A stretch of DNA of 64,000 nt, from contig JBGCEB010000014.1 in the NCBI GenBank assembly GCA_045106075.1, forward strand, positions 25,842 through 89,841, given 5' to 3'. Of the stretch, positions 28,702-36,615 are shown in pieces. The notes beneath the pieces were generated by a model. That model was not told the DNA's origin and made no database searches. It saw nothing but the letters and a program-made list of their open reading frames with translations. Made by a program: the position numbers and the translations under genes. The number at the start of each line of letters is the position of its first letter. Within the stretch, counting starts at the first letter, position 1. The DNA is from Phycisphaerales bacterium. GTDB taxonomy: Bacteria > Planctomycetota > Phycisphaerae > Phycisphaerales > UBA1924.

Positions 28702-28734
28702 TTGCCAATAACAGTTTTCATCGGAGATGCTCTT

Positions 28735-29244
28735 GTGACGCTGATCGAACCGGGCCGCAAAGCCCCCACTTTTAAACTCCTCGACCAGAACGATGAACAC
28801 TTCAACCTCGGCGATCACGAGGACCACGCGGTCGTCTTGTTCTTTTACCCCAAAGACTGCACTTCCGGCTGCACGCGCGAGGCACAAGACTTTTCAGCGA
28901 TGCAAGCCAAGTTTCGCGAAGCCGGCGCGGAAGTCGTTGGCGTTTCGATTCTTGACTCAAAGAGCAAAGCAAAGTTCGTGAAACAAGCGGGACTAAAACT
29001 CCGCATGCTGGCCGACGACCATGTGAATGCAGACAGAAAGCCGGATCCCAAGATCGCCCGGAAATACGGCGTTTGGGTCGAAAAATCGATGTACGGCAAG
29101 ACCTATATGGGTCTGCAGCGAACGACGTATCTCATCGGGCCCGGCCGCAAGGTGATCGAACGTTGGGACAAAGTGAAAGTACCCAATCACGCCGAGCAGG
29201 CGCTCGAACAGGTCAAGAAACTGGGTCTTGATCCGCTGAAGTGA
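28735..29244 (+). CDS. bcp: Thioredoxin-dependent thiol peroxidase (peroxiredoxin Bcp/PrxQ)
   Basis: VVLFFYPKDCTSGCTREAQDF is the Bcp active-site motif. A GTG start at 28735 with GGAGA 7 nt upstream is chosen because the longer ORF (28588) would run across the tRNA-Leu gene. Confidence 0.85.
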   Translation: MTLIEPGRKAPTFKLLDQNDEHFNLGDHEDHAVVLFFYPKDCTSGCTREAQDFSAMQAKFREAGAEVVGVSILDSKSKAKFVKQAGLKLRMLADDHVNADRKPDPKIARKYGVWVEKSMYGKTYMGLQRTTYLIGPGRKVIERWDKVKVPNHAEQALEQVKKLGLDPLK

Positions 29245-30169
29245 GAACGACCCCATCCTTTGCGGGCACCCCACGCCGCGTGATCTTGAGATCACCGAGC
29301 AGCTGACTGGCAAGCATGCCCGCAAGCATGAAACCCCCCCCGATGAGTTCATTGGTACCGAGCGTCTCTTGCAAGAACAACCATCCAAGCCCCGCCGCGA
29401 AGACCGCTTCAAAGCTCATCAAAACCGCCGCATGCGTGTGCGGAGCATCGCGCTGCGCCACCATCTGGAGTGTGTACGCCACCCCGGTCGCGAACACCCC
29501 AGAAAAACCGACTGCCAATCCGGCCCGCCACATCGCACCGAACTCGATGGTCTCGGTCGATGTCGCCACGATCGCTGATATCACCGCCGCCACAAGAAAC
29601 TGTAATCCGGCGAGCATCACCGGATCACGCCGTCTGGCCACGATCCCAACGAGCACTACCTGCAGCGCCCACCCAAACGCTGACCCGATCACAAAGAAAT
29701 CACCGACCACCCATTCAGCGCCGAGTTCGGGCTTGAAGAAATAGAGTCCGACGCCCGCAAGGGCAAGACCAATGACGTGACCCAACGCAGGCTTGTGCCG
29801 CAGCGCCAGCCCGATGAGCGGTACGAGGAGCACGTAGAGACCGGTCAGAAAACCAGCCCGCGCTGAAGTCGTGGTGACCATGCCGATCTGCTGCAAACCG
29901 GCCGCCACGGTCAGAATCAGCCCTAGCACACCGCCATCGATCAGGGTTCCTCGATCAATGCGCGCACTCGCCGTTTGCCCTGGGTTTGCCCGCCGCCATC
30001 GCAGCCAAGCAAACGGCAGAATGATCGCCGCACCAATCATGTATCGAAGGGCGTTGAACGTCCAAGGGCCGATATGGTCCATGCCCGCACGCTGGGCGAC
30101 GAACCCAGACCCCCAAATAGCGGCAGCGATCAAAAGCATGATGTCTGCCCGCAGGGCTGTTTTTCGCAT
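29213..30169 (-). CDS. DMT-superfamily (EamA) transporter
   Basis: 318 aa from ATG 30169 with 10 predicted TM helices. N-terminus MRKTALRADIMLLIAAAIWGSGFVAQR is typical of EamA. The 3' end overlaps bcp convergently by 32 nt. Confidence 0.8.
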   Translation of the reverse strand: MRKTALRADIMLLIAAAIWGSGFVAQRAGMDHIGPWTFNALRYMIGAAIILPFAWLRWRRANPGQTASARIDRGTLIDGGVLGLILTVAAGLQQIGMVTTTSARAGFLTGLYVLLVPLIGLALRHKPALGHVIGLALAGVGLYFFKPELGAEWVVGDFFVIGSAFGWALQVVLVGIVARRRDPVMLAGLQFLVAAVISAIVATSTETIEFGAMWRAGLAVGFSGVFATGVAYTLQMVAQRDAPHTHAAVLMSFEAVFAAGLGWLFLQETLGTNELIGGGFMLAGMLASQLLGDLKITRRGVPAKDGVVLTSADQDPVS

Positions 30170-30281
30170 AACGGTGCTCAGAATGATCTGGGTCAAGCAA
30201 GGCTGCCAAGCAGGTAAAGACCCGGACAGGAGCATATCGTTGTGACCCCGCCCAGACCGGGCTTGGGACGCCGGAGAACGC

Positions 30282-31775
30282 ATGGACCCACTGCTCGCCG
30301 CCCTCGCCGATTGGAAACCATTCCGCGCCCTCGTGGTTGGCGATTTCATGCTCGATCAGCTGCTCTTCGGAGCGGCCGATCGCTTGAGTCCCGATGCTCC
30401 CGTTCCCGTCCTCCGTGTGACTCGTCAAGAAGATCGCCCCGGTGGCGCTGCGAACCTCTGCCTTAACCTCATCGCGATGCGTGGGCGCGTCACCGCACTC
30501 GGTGTGGTGGGCTCAGATCAAGACGCAGTGCTCCTCCGCACGGCGCTTCTTCAACAAGGCGTCGATGCGACCGGCATCGTCACCGACAACACACGCCCCA
30601 CCACCGTGAAACGAAATCTCATCGGCCTTGCGCAGGGACGTCACGCTCAGAAGATGTTCCGAGTGGACTTTGAATCTCGCGAACCGATCGCCGAACCCAT
30701 CGCCGAACGTCTGCTCGAAGCGTTTGATAAAGAGCTCGCCAAAAACGATGTGGTCTGTATCGAAGACTACAACAAGGGCGTGTGCACCCCGGCACTATGT
30801 GCGGCGTTGATCGAGCGAGCAAAGAAAGCCGGCAAACCAGTCTTTATCGACCCCGCACCGATGGAAGACTACGCCAAGTATCGCGGCGCCACCGCAATCA
30901 CACCCAACCGCACCGAAGCAGAGCGCGCGACCAAACTTGTCACTGATGACCAAGGCGCCCCAGAGCACAACGCCAAGCTTGCCGAGACGTTGCGTGACTC
31001 GCTCGACCTCGACGCCGTCGTGCTCACCCTTGACAAGCAAGGCGCCTTGCTTCTGATGCGTGATAACGACACACCAGTGCCGATACCCACTGTTGCTCGC
31101 GAGGTGTATGACGTAACCGGCGCGGGCGACATGATGCTCGCAGCGTTGGCTGCCGCTCGTGCAAACAAAATCGACTGGGCCGACGCGGTCCGCTTCGCAA
31201 ACGCCGCCGCCGGTCTCGAAGTCGAGGTGTTCGGCGTCGCCCCGATCCCACTCGAAAAGATCCACCACGAGCTGCTCATTCTGCAGACCAACCGATCCGG
31301 CAAACTCCGCACACCCGACGAACTCATGGTCATGGTCAACGCGGCACGCAAGTCCGGCAAACGGATCGTCTTCACGAACGGTTGCTTTGATGTCATCCAC
31401 GCGGGCCACATCTCGCTGCTCGAACGGGCCGCCGAGTTGGGTGACATGCTTGTGGTCGCGATGAACGACGATTCATCTGTCCGCGGGCTCAAGGGTGACT
31501 CCCGGCCCATCAATGACCAGGCCCAGCGAGCCAGAGTCCTCGGAGCTCTTGGGTGCGTCGATGCCGTGGTCCTGTTCGGCGAAGAAACGCCCATCCGGCT
31601 CATCGAGACCGTTCTGCCCGACATCCTTGTCAAGGGTGGGGATTACACCGTCGAAACAGTCGTCGGGGCGAATCAGGTTGTCAAAGCGGGCGGCCGAGTT
31701 GAGCTCATCCCGCTGATCGAGGGTCTCAGCACCACCGCCACCGTCGAGCGAATGAAGACCACGAGCACAAAATAA
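30282..31775 (+). CDS. hldE: Bifunctional D-beta-D-heptose 7-phosphate kinase / D-beta-D-heptose 1-phosphate adenylyltransferase
   Basis: Ribokinase-like N-domain (...VYDVTGAGDMMLAALAAA...) followed by a cytidylyltransferase-like C-domain (VFTNGCFDVIHAGHISLLERA...MNDDSSVRGLKG..RPI). Confidence 0.9.
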   Translation: MDPLLAALADWKPFRALVVGDFMLDQLLFGAADRLSPDAPVPVLRVTRQEDRPGGAANLCLNLIAMRGRVTALGVVGSDQDAVLLRTALLQQGVDATGIVTDNTRPTTVKRNLIGLAQGRHAQKMFRVDFESREPIAEPIAERLLEAFDKELAKNDVVCIEDYNKGVCTPALCAALIERAKKAGKPVFIDPAPMEDYAKYRGATAITPNRTEAERATKLVTDDQGAPEHNAKLAETLRDSLDLDAVVLTLDKQGALLLMRDNDTPVPIPTVAREVYDVTGAGDMMLAALAAARANKIDWADAVRFANAAAGLEVEVFGVAPIPLEKIHHELLILQTNRSGKLRTPDELMVMVNAARKSGKRIVFTNGCFDVIHAGHISLLERAAELGDMLVVAMNDDSSVRGLKGDSRPINDQAQRARVLGALGCVDAVVLFGEETPIRLIETVLPDILVKGGDYTVETVVGANQVVKAGGRVELIPLIEGLSTTATVERMKTTSTK

Positions 31776-31872
31776 GCCGTGAGAATCCCGCTTAGGCACC
31801 CACCCCTGTGTCGCGGGACGTTTTTCGCATCTTCTCACCAAGTGCGAGGGCCCGCGGTCCGATAGTGGTGGT

Positions 31873-32361
31873 ATGAGCACTTCCAACGACACGCTGGCCC
31901 GCCCGTTCGCGGGGTCGAACCCAGGCACCGTCTCCCACCTGATGATCGTCCATCCGCGGTACGCCCCGGATCTGATCTCTGGCCAGAAATCGGTCGAATC
32001 CCGACTCGGCAAAGACCGCCGCACGCCCTTTGGGCGGGTGAATCCGGGCGATCTGGTGTACATCAAATCGACCGGAGGCCCGGTGTTCGCAGCCGCGACC
32101 GTCGAACGCGTCGATGAGTTTGAAGATCTCTCGAGTAAAGACATCGATCACCTGCGCACCAACTACGAAGACCGCATCCGTGGTGGCGAGGCGTACTGGG
32201 CGTCCAAAGCTGACGCGAAGTTTGCAACCCTTGTTTGGCTCGGGAGTGTTCGGCCGATCGCGGATGCTTCGTGCGTACCCGCCGAGTTGCTCAAGCCCTC
32301 GCGAAACGCGTGGAGAACACTCGCTTCTGCGATCGAAGACACGTCTCGCAAGGCAGCCTAA
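31873..32361 (+). CDS. ASCH (PUA-like) domain protein
   Basis: ...HPRYAPDLISGQKSVESRLGKDRRTPFGRVNPGDLVYIKSTGGPVFAAATVERV... matches the ASCH beta-barrel pattern (xxxIxxGxKTxExRxxxx...xGDxxxx). Confidence 0.55.
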   Translation: MSTSNDTLARPFAGSNPGTVSHLMIVHPRYAPDLISGQKSVESRLGKDRRTPFGRVNPGDLVYIKSTGGPVFAAATVERVDEFEDLSSKDIDHLRTNYEDRIRGGEAYWASKADAKFATLVWLGSVRPIADASCVPAELLKPSRNAWRTLASAIEDTSRKAA

Positions 32362-32380
32362 ATCAGCAATCCAAAAACAA

Positions 32381-32407
32381 CAACCGCCCGGTACTGCCGG
32401 GCGGTTG
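32381..32407. terminator. Bidirectional hairpin terminator between convergent genes
   Basis: Stem caaccgcccgg/ccgggcggttg (11 bp) with loop tactg, preceded by aaaaacaa. Lies between the ASCH gene (+) and the Cys-rich gene (-). Confidence 0.65.
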
Positions 32408-32433
32408 TCGTATATCAGATAAGTCGAAATGAC

Positions 32434-32682
32434 TTAGTGGTCGTGGCCTTCGCCGTGCTCATGGCCATGGGCAGCCGCTTCGCCGCCGCACGAACCGCAG
32501 CAGCTGGCAGCCTCGGCGCCGCCGCAGGAACCGCAGCAGCCTGCTTTATCTCCGCAGCAACCAGTCGTGCAAGACTCGCCAGCGGCGCACGCGCCGCAGC
32601 AAGCATCGACTTTGCTCGTGGTCGAACAGCCGACGCACACGCCAGCAAAGAGCACCGCACAGGTCATCATGATTCGCTTCAT
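32434..32682 (-). CDS. Small secreted (possibly lipoprotein) Cys-rich, His-tailed protein; metallothionein-like
   Basis: 82 aa: MKRIMMTCAVLFAGVCVGC|STTSKVDACCGACAAGESCTTGCCGDKAGCCGSCGGAEAASCCGSCGGEAAAHGHEHGEGHDH. Has a signal peptide, GGAG 7 nt upstream of the ATG and its own terminator. Other frames are also open because of the GC-rich repeats. Confidence 0.6.
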   Translation of the reverse strand: MKRIMMTCAVLFAGVCVGCSTTSKVDACCGACAAGESCTTGCCGDKAGCCGSCGGAEAASCCGSCGGEAAAHGHEHGEGHDH

Positions 32683-32981
32683 CTCAAGGCTCCGATCGGA
32701 TAATGGTGAGACTCGGTCCCTCGTGGCTTCAGGGATAACAAGTCAGAAACAGCTACTTCCAATAGTGAGAGTTTGACATATTCGACACTGAAACGCAACC
32801 CAGTGAATCGAATCTGCCCAAGAGCTGCATATTCGCAGCCTCTGGCTCTCATTGATTATTCCATCTTGGCCGAGTTTTTCGATAAAAAATGAGCTTCGTC
32901 GGTCTGGCGAAGGAAAAAGTCGGGTCGGACCGTCTCATTTGTATCGAACTCAGCCGCTATCGGGTGTGACCCGAGAACGGC

Positions 32982-33374
32982 TTACTTCTGGACGACCTTC
33001 TGGCCTTCGACGTGCTTCATGCCGCGACGACGGTCACGGAGGCGACGGCTCTTACCGACGCGGTCACGAAGGAAGTAGAGCTTGGCCCGGCGGGCATCGC
33101 CTCGGCGGACGACTTCGATCTTGGCGATGAACGGTGAGTTCAACGGCCAAGTACGCTCGATGCCGATGTCATCGACGACTCGGCGAACGGTGATCATCTC
33201 ACCAATGCCGCGCCCTTTGCGGGTCATCAGTGTCCCCTGGAAGACCTGGACACGTTCTTTTTCGCCTTCCACGATGCGGGCGTGCACGTTGATCGTGTCG
33301 CCGACATCGAAGCGAGGCAGGTCGCTCTTGAGAGCGCCATCGTTAATGGATTCGAGAATCTGCTGGCTGCCCAT
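32982..33374 (-). CDS. rplS: 50S ribosomal protein L19
   Basis: ...FDVGDTINVHARIVEGEKERVQVFQG...ITVRR...GIERTWPLNSPFIAKIEVVRRGDARRAKLYFLR... is the canonical L19 sequence. Confidence 0.95.
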   Translation of the reverse strand: MGSQQILESINDGALKSDLPRFDVGDTINVHARIVEGEKERVQVFQGTLMTRKGRGIGEMITVRRVVDDIGIERTWPLNSPFIAKIEVVRRGDARRAKLYFLRDRVGKSRRLRDRRRGMKHVEGQKVVQK

Positions 33375-33463
33375 GGTGGGACTCCTGGCAATCGCGTCAA
33401 CCCAAAGCTTGGGGACACGGGTCGTGTTTCGTTCAAGACAAACGCGGCGTCAAAGACAACGCA

Positions 33464-34003
33464 TTACTCGGCAGCGGGTTCCGCTTCAGGCTCGGGCGCG
33501 GGCTTGGCAGCTTCGGCACGCTTTGCGGCGGCTTCGGCTTCGCCTGCGAACTTGTCCGCGTCGGCGACCTTCGCACCGGCGACGGTGTTCTTTGCCATGG
33601 TCAGCGCCTTCTTGGCAGCATTGAGATCCGCCACGTCGGCGTCGTCGTTGCCTTCGATCGCTGCGACGGCGGCTTCCGCACGCTTGACGGCAGCCCGGCA
33701 CTTGCCACGCTCGAGTGCTTCGGCGCGGTGTGCTTCCCACTCTGCCTTCATCTTGCCTTCAAGCAATCCTTCCCGGCCGAGCATGTCCATGACCGTCTCG
33801 GAAGGACGGGCGCCCTTTTCGATCCAAGCCTTGATCTTGTCGGTGTGCAGCACGACCTGCTGTGCACCCTCGGGTGCCATCGGGTTGTAATGCCCAAGGT
33901 TCTCGAGCACCTTGCCGTTGCGGCGGGTGCGGATATCGATCGCGTTGATGCGATAGAAAGGACGGTGACGACGGCCGAGACGTTGCATACGGATACGAAC
34001 CAT
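33464..34003 (-). CDS. rpsP: 30S ribosomal protein S16 with about 95-aa Ala/Glu/Lys-rich C-terminal extension
   Basis: MVRIRMQRLGRRHRPFYRINAIDIRTRRNGKVLENLGHYNP is canonical S16. AAGGAG lies 5 nt before ATG 34003. Confidence 0.9.
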   Translation of the reverse strand: MVRIRMQRLGRRHRPFYRINAIDIRTRRNGKVLENLGHYNPMAPEGAQQVVLHTDKIKAWIEKGARPSETVMDMLGREGLLEGKMKAEWEAHRAEALERGKCRAAVKRAEAAVAAIEGNDDADVADLNAAKKALTMAKNTVAGAKVADADKFAGEAEAAAKRAEAAKPAPEPEAEPAAE

Positions 34004-34201
34004 GGAGGCTCCTTTCGCGCACCGTGCCAGATCGAACTGGACGGGCATTCCAACCCGAGGTCTGGCCAATGCTTACGTTCGTATGATCGAACGCCCGCAT
34101 CGGGTAGTCCCTAGCCGCCCGGACCATCCGGATCGGCCGCGTACCTCGGGTCTTGATTGTTGGCTCCTTCCTTGCACCAATCCACTTCCTACCCTCCCGC
34201 C

Positions 34202-35245
34202 ATGAAGGCAATAGTCGTCCAAAAACAAGGGTCCCCCGTCGCTCCCAACATCGTTCTGCGTTCTGATTGGGCTGACCCGGACCAACCCGCACCCGGGCAA
34301 GTGGTCGTAAAGACCCTCTGCTCGGCGTTCAACCACATGGACCTCTGGGTTGGCAGGGGCGTCCCCGGGCTCGATTTGGCCTATCCACGCGTTTCGGGCT
34401 GTGATGCCTGCGGCCAAGTCGAATCTGTTGGACAAGGCGTCGATCAAGATTGGATCGGTCGTCGAGTCATTTACAACGCAGCAGTGCAAGTCCCAGATCG
34501 ACCCCGCCCCAGCGATCCGTCCGCGTCCACATTGGCTGCCAACTACGAGCTCATCGGTGAGCACCACTTTGGTGCCCACGCCGAGAAGTTCACCGTACCC
34601 GCGGACAATATCGCAGACGTAGGCGACGCCGACCCTGCCGAGGCGGCAGCCTTCGGACTCTGCGCCCTCACCGCCTACTCCATGATGGTTACCAAAGGCG
34701 ATCTCCGCCCCGGCCAGTCCGTGCTGATCACCGGCATCGGTGGCGGCGTCGCCACTTCAGCATTGGCCATCGCCAAGCACCTTGGTTGCCCAGTCTGCGT
34801 GACATCGCGACATCAATCCAAACTCGATCGCGCCAAAGAACTCGGCGCAGACCACACGATCCTCGACCAAGGCCAAGACTGGTCTCGCGATGTCCGCGGC
34901 TGGACCGGAAAACGCGGCGTCGATATGGCCGTCGACTCGGTCGGCAAAGCAACACACCTCGCGTGCATCAAATCACTTGCCCGCGGCGGTGCCTACACCA
35001 CGCCCGGATGCACCACCGGACCCGATGCAACCACCGATCTTGCACGAATCTTCTGGAACCAACTCCGGATCTTGGGCTCGACCATGGGCAGCAACAACGA
35101 GTTCAAAGAAGTCGTATCGCTGTTCAAAGCCGGGCATCTCAAACCAGTGGTCGACACCGTCTTTGCACCAACCGACTGCGTGAGCGCGTACGAGCGCCTC
35201 GAAGCCGGGCAACAGTTTGGAAAGCTCGTGATCGACTGGCGCTGA
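34202..35245 (+). CDS. Zinc-type alcohol dehydrogenase / quinone oxidoreductase (MDR superfamily)
   Basis: MKAIVVQKQG...; GQSVLITGIGGGVATSALAIAKHLG (Rossmann GxGxxG); C-terminus ...AYERLEAGQQFGKLVI. Confidence 0.85.
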   Translation: MKAIVVQKQGSPVAPNIVLRSDWADPDQPAPGQVVVKTLCSAFNHMDLWVGRGVPGLDLAYPRVSGCDACGQVESVGQGVDQDWIGRRVIYNAAVQVPDRPRPSDPSASTLAANYELIGEHHFGAHAEKFTVPADNIADVGDADPAEAAAFGLCALTAYSMMVTKGDLRPGQSVLITGIGGGVATSALAIAKHLGCPVCVTSRHQSKLDRAKELGADHTILDQGQDWSRDVRGWTGKRGVDMAVDSVGKATHLACIKSLARGGAYTTPGCTTGPDATTDLARIFWNQLRILGSTMGSNNEFKEVVSLFKAGHLKPVVDTVFAPTDCVSAYERLEAGQQFGKLVIDWR

Positions 35246-35262
35246 TCAGTTTCAGAACCGAA

Positions 35263-36417
35263 TCACTTCGCTTCATCAACCTCGTACTCGATCACAACGC
35301 TTGAGATACGCATGTCATTGGTGCCCGGCCAACTACCGCTGAAAACCCGCAAAACATAGTGCCGACTCTGATTATCGATGATGTCACTCGACACCGAGGG
35401 ATCTTGCAGAACAAGACTCACACCATTCAGCCCTTCTGTTGAAACGGACGCCATCGCACTGTTTGAACTGCCATTATGCTCTTGATAGTTCAGCGAAATG
35501 GTCAGATCACCCGCCACGAGATCGCGGCAGTAGGCGGTCATTTGTACCACCCGCGCTCCATCGGGCAGATTCACTCCAGCAGACAACCATCCAGCTGGGT
35601 CACTGAGGTGAGCACCGCCCTGCCCGCCATTGGCGAAGTAGTCAAAGTGTGACCTAAAAGCGTTCCCGCTCACCGAGAGATAGCGGGTCTTCGGATTCTC
35701 AAATCGGAATCCCTCAGCGATCACATCGTTTGTCGCAACAAGATTGTTGTTGACGTCCACAGTAAGACGCGTGCCACCGTCCTTGTACAGGGCCCAAGTC
35801 TGGTTCACATAACTCGTGTACGCATTGACCGCACCATTCACGGAATAGCCATAGAACGGCTGCGCTCCCGTCGGCCCGGAGATGTACATCCCAACAAAGC
35901 CGGGTACGATCGAGTGAACGCCGAAGTACTCTGCAATGGTAATCGGTACGTCGCGATTGATGAGCACCCGGTCGACACCGCCACCATAGTTGATATCGCT
36001 ACCATCTTCATTCCATTGCGGATTGACCAAGGTCTCTGCGGTCCGGGCATGAATCGCTTGCGGAGTGGATCGGATCGCTTGGCGCGGCGTCAGCACCGTG
36101 AACAATGCCCCGGAATCACCCGGACGCATATCGATCTCTAGCCAGCGATCTGATCCATCGAACACGTCACCAAAGTCCAAGTCGAGTTGGAACACGCCGT
36201 CGGTGACCTGAAGGTTCTCGGCAACGACCTGCGAACCAATCTGCACACCATCGGTGAGCGCTGAATACAGCCTGAACCGGAAGTCATACTCCCCGCTCGC
36301 TGGTGCTGATGAATCGTTCAACGATCCTTGGTAAGAGATCGGCTCTGCCGCTGCCGCGCCAATGAACATTCCCGATGCGACCATCGCCAACGCAACTCGA
36401 ATCGTTCCGCAAAGCAT
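35263..36417 (-). CDS. Hypothetical secreted protein
   Basis: Signal peptide MLCGTIRVALAMVASGMFIGAAAA. N-terminal module ISYQGSLNDSSAPASGEYDFRFRLYSALTDGVQIGSQV...FQLDLDFGD...RWLEIDMRP, which I recall as a module recurring at the N-terminus of tail-fibre-like or surface proteins. No catalytic motif seen. Confidence 0.55.
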   Translation of the reverse strand: MLCGTIRVALAMVASGMFIGAAAAEPISYQGSLNDSSAPASGEYDFRFRLYSALTDGVQIGSQVVAENLQVTDGVFQLDLDFGDVFDGSDRWLEIDMRPGDSGALFTVLTPRQAIRSTPQAIHARTAETLVNPQWNEDGSDINYGGGVDRVLINRDVPITIAEYFGVHSIVPGFVGMYISGPTGAQPFYGYSVNGAVNAYTSYVNQTWALYKDGGTRLTVDVNNNLVATNDVIAEGFRFENPKTRYLSVSGNAFRSHFDYFANGGQGGAHLSDPAGWLSAGVNLPDGARVVQMTAYCRDLVAGDLTISLNYQEHNGSSNSAMASVSTEGLNGVSLVLQDPSVSSDIIDNQSRHYVLRVFSGSWPGTNDMRISSVVIEYEVDEAK

Positions 36418-36542
36418 GAGAATCCCCTCAAGAGCAAAGTTAATCAAACGGGCTCTTATAGGCCCGTGTTCAGTTAGGCCCGTGTTCAATGTACCACGCC
36501 GCAGCGCCTGATGAAATGTGTAAACGACATATTCAAAAAGAG

Positions 36543-36572
36543 AAGCCCCCCAAGTTTTCACTCGGGGGGCTT
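36543..36572 (-). terminator. Terminator hairpin after the DUF11 gene
   Basis: Stem aagcccccc/ggggggctt with a 12-nt loop, followed on the minus strand by ctcttttt. A second small hairpin ccgggc-caaa-gcccgg lies at 36590-36605. Confidence 0.5.
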
Positions 36573-36615
36573 TGAAGTTCTCAGCAAACCCGGGCCAAAG
36601 CCCGGAGATGTTTGA

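Noticed and set aside
28588-28734. N-terminal 49 codons of the ORF-track version of bcp
   Set aside because: This stretch is occupied by a well-folding tRNA-Leu(UAA) gene (28619-28701). The Bcp homology begins only after the GTG at 28735.
31473-32144. 223-aa minus-strand ORF across the hldE 3' end and the ASCH gene
   Set aside because: It overlaps two plus-strand genes with recognisable domains and spans their intergenic region. No motifs.
32415-32703. Alternative ORFs (32437-32703 plus strand, 32415-32660 minus strand) overlapping the Cys-rich gene
   Set aside because: They are open only because of GC-rich repeat DNA. They lack a signal peptide, an SD-like sequence or any pattern, whereas the 32434-32682 frame has a signal peptide, regular Cys spacing, an SD and a terminator.
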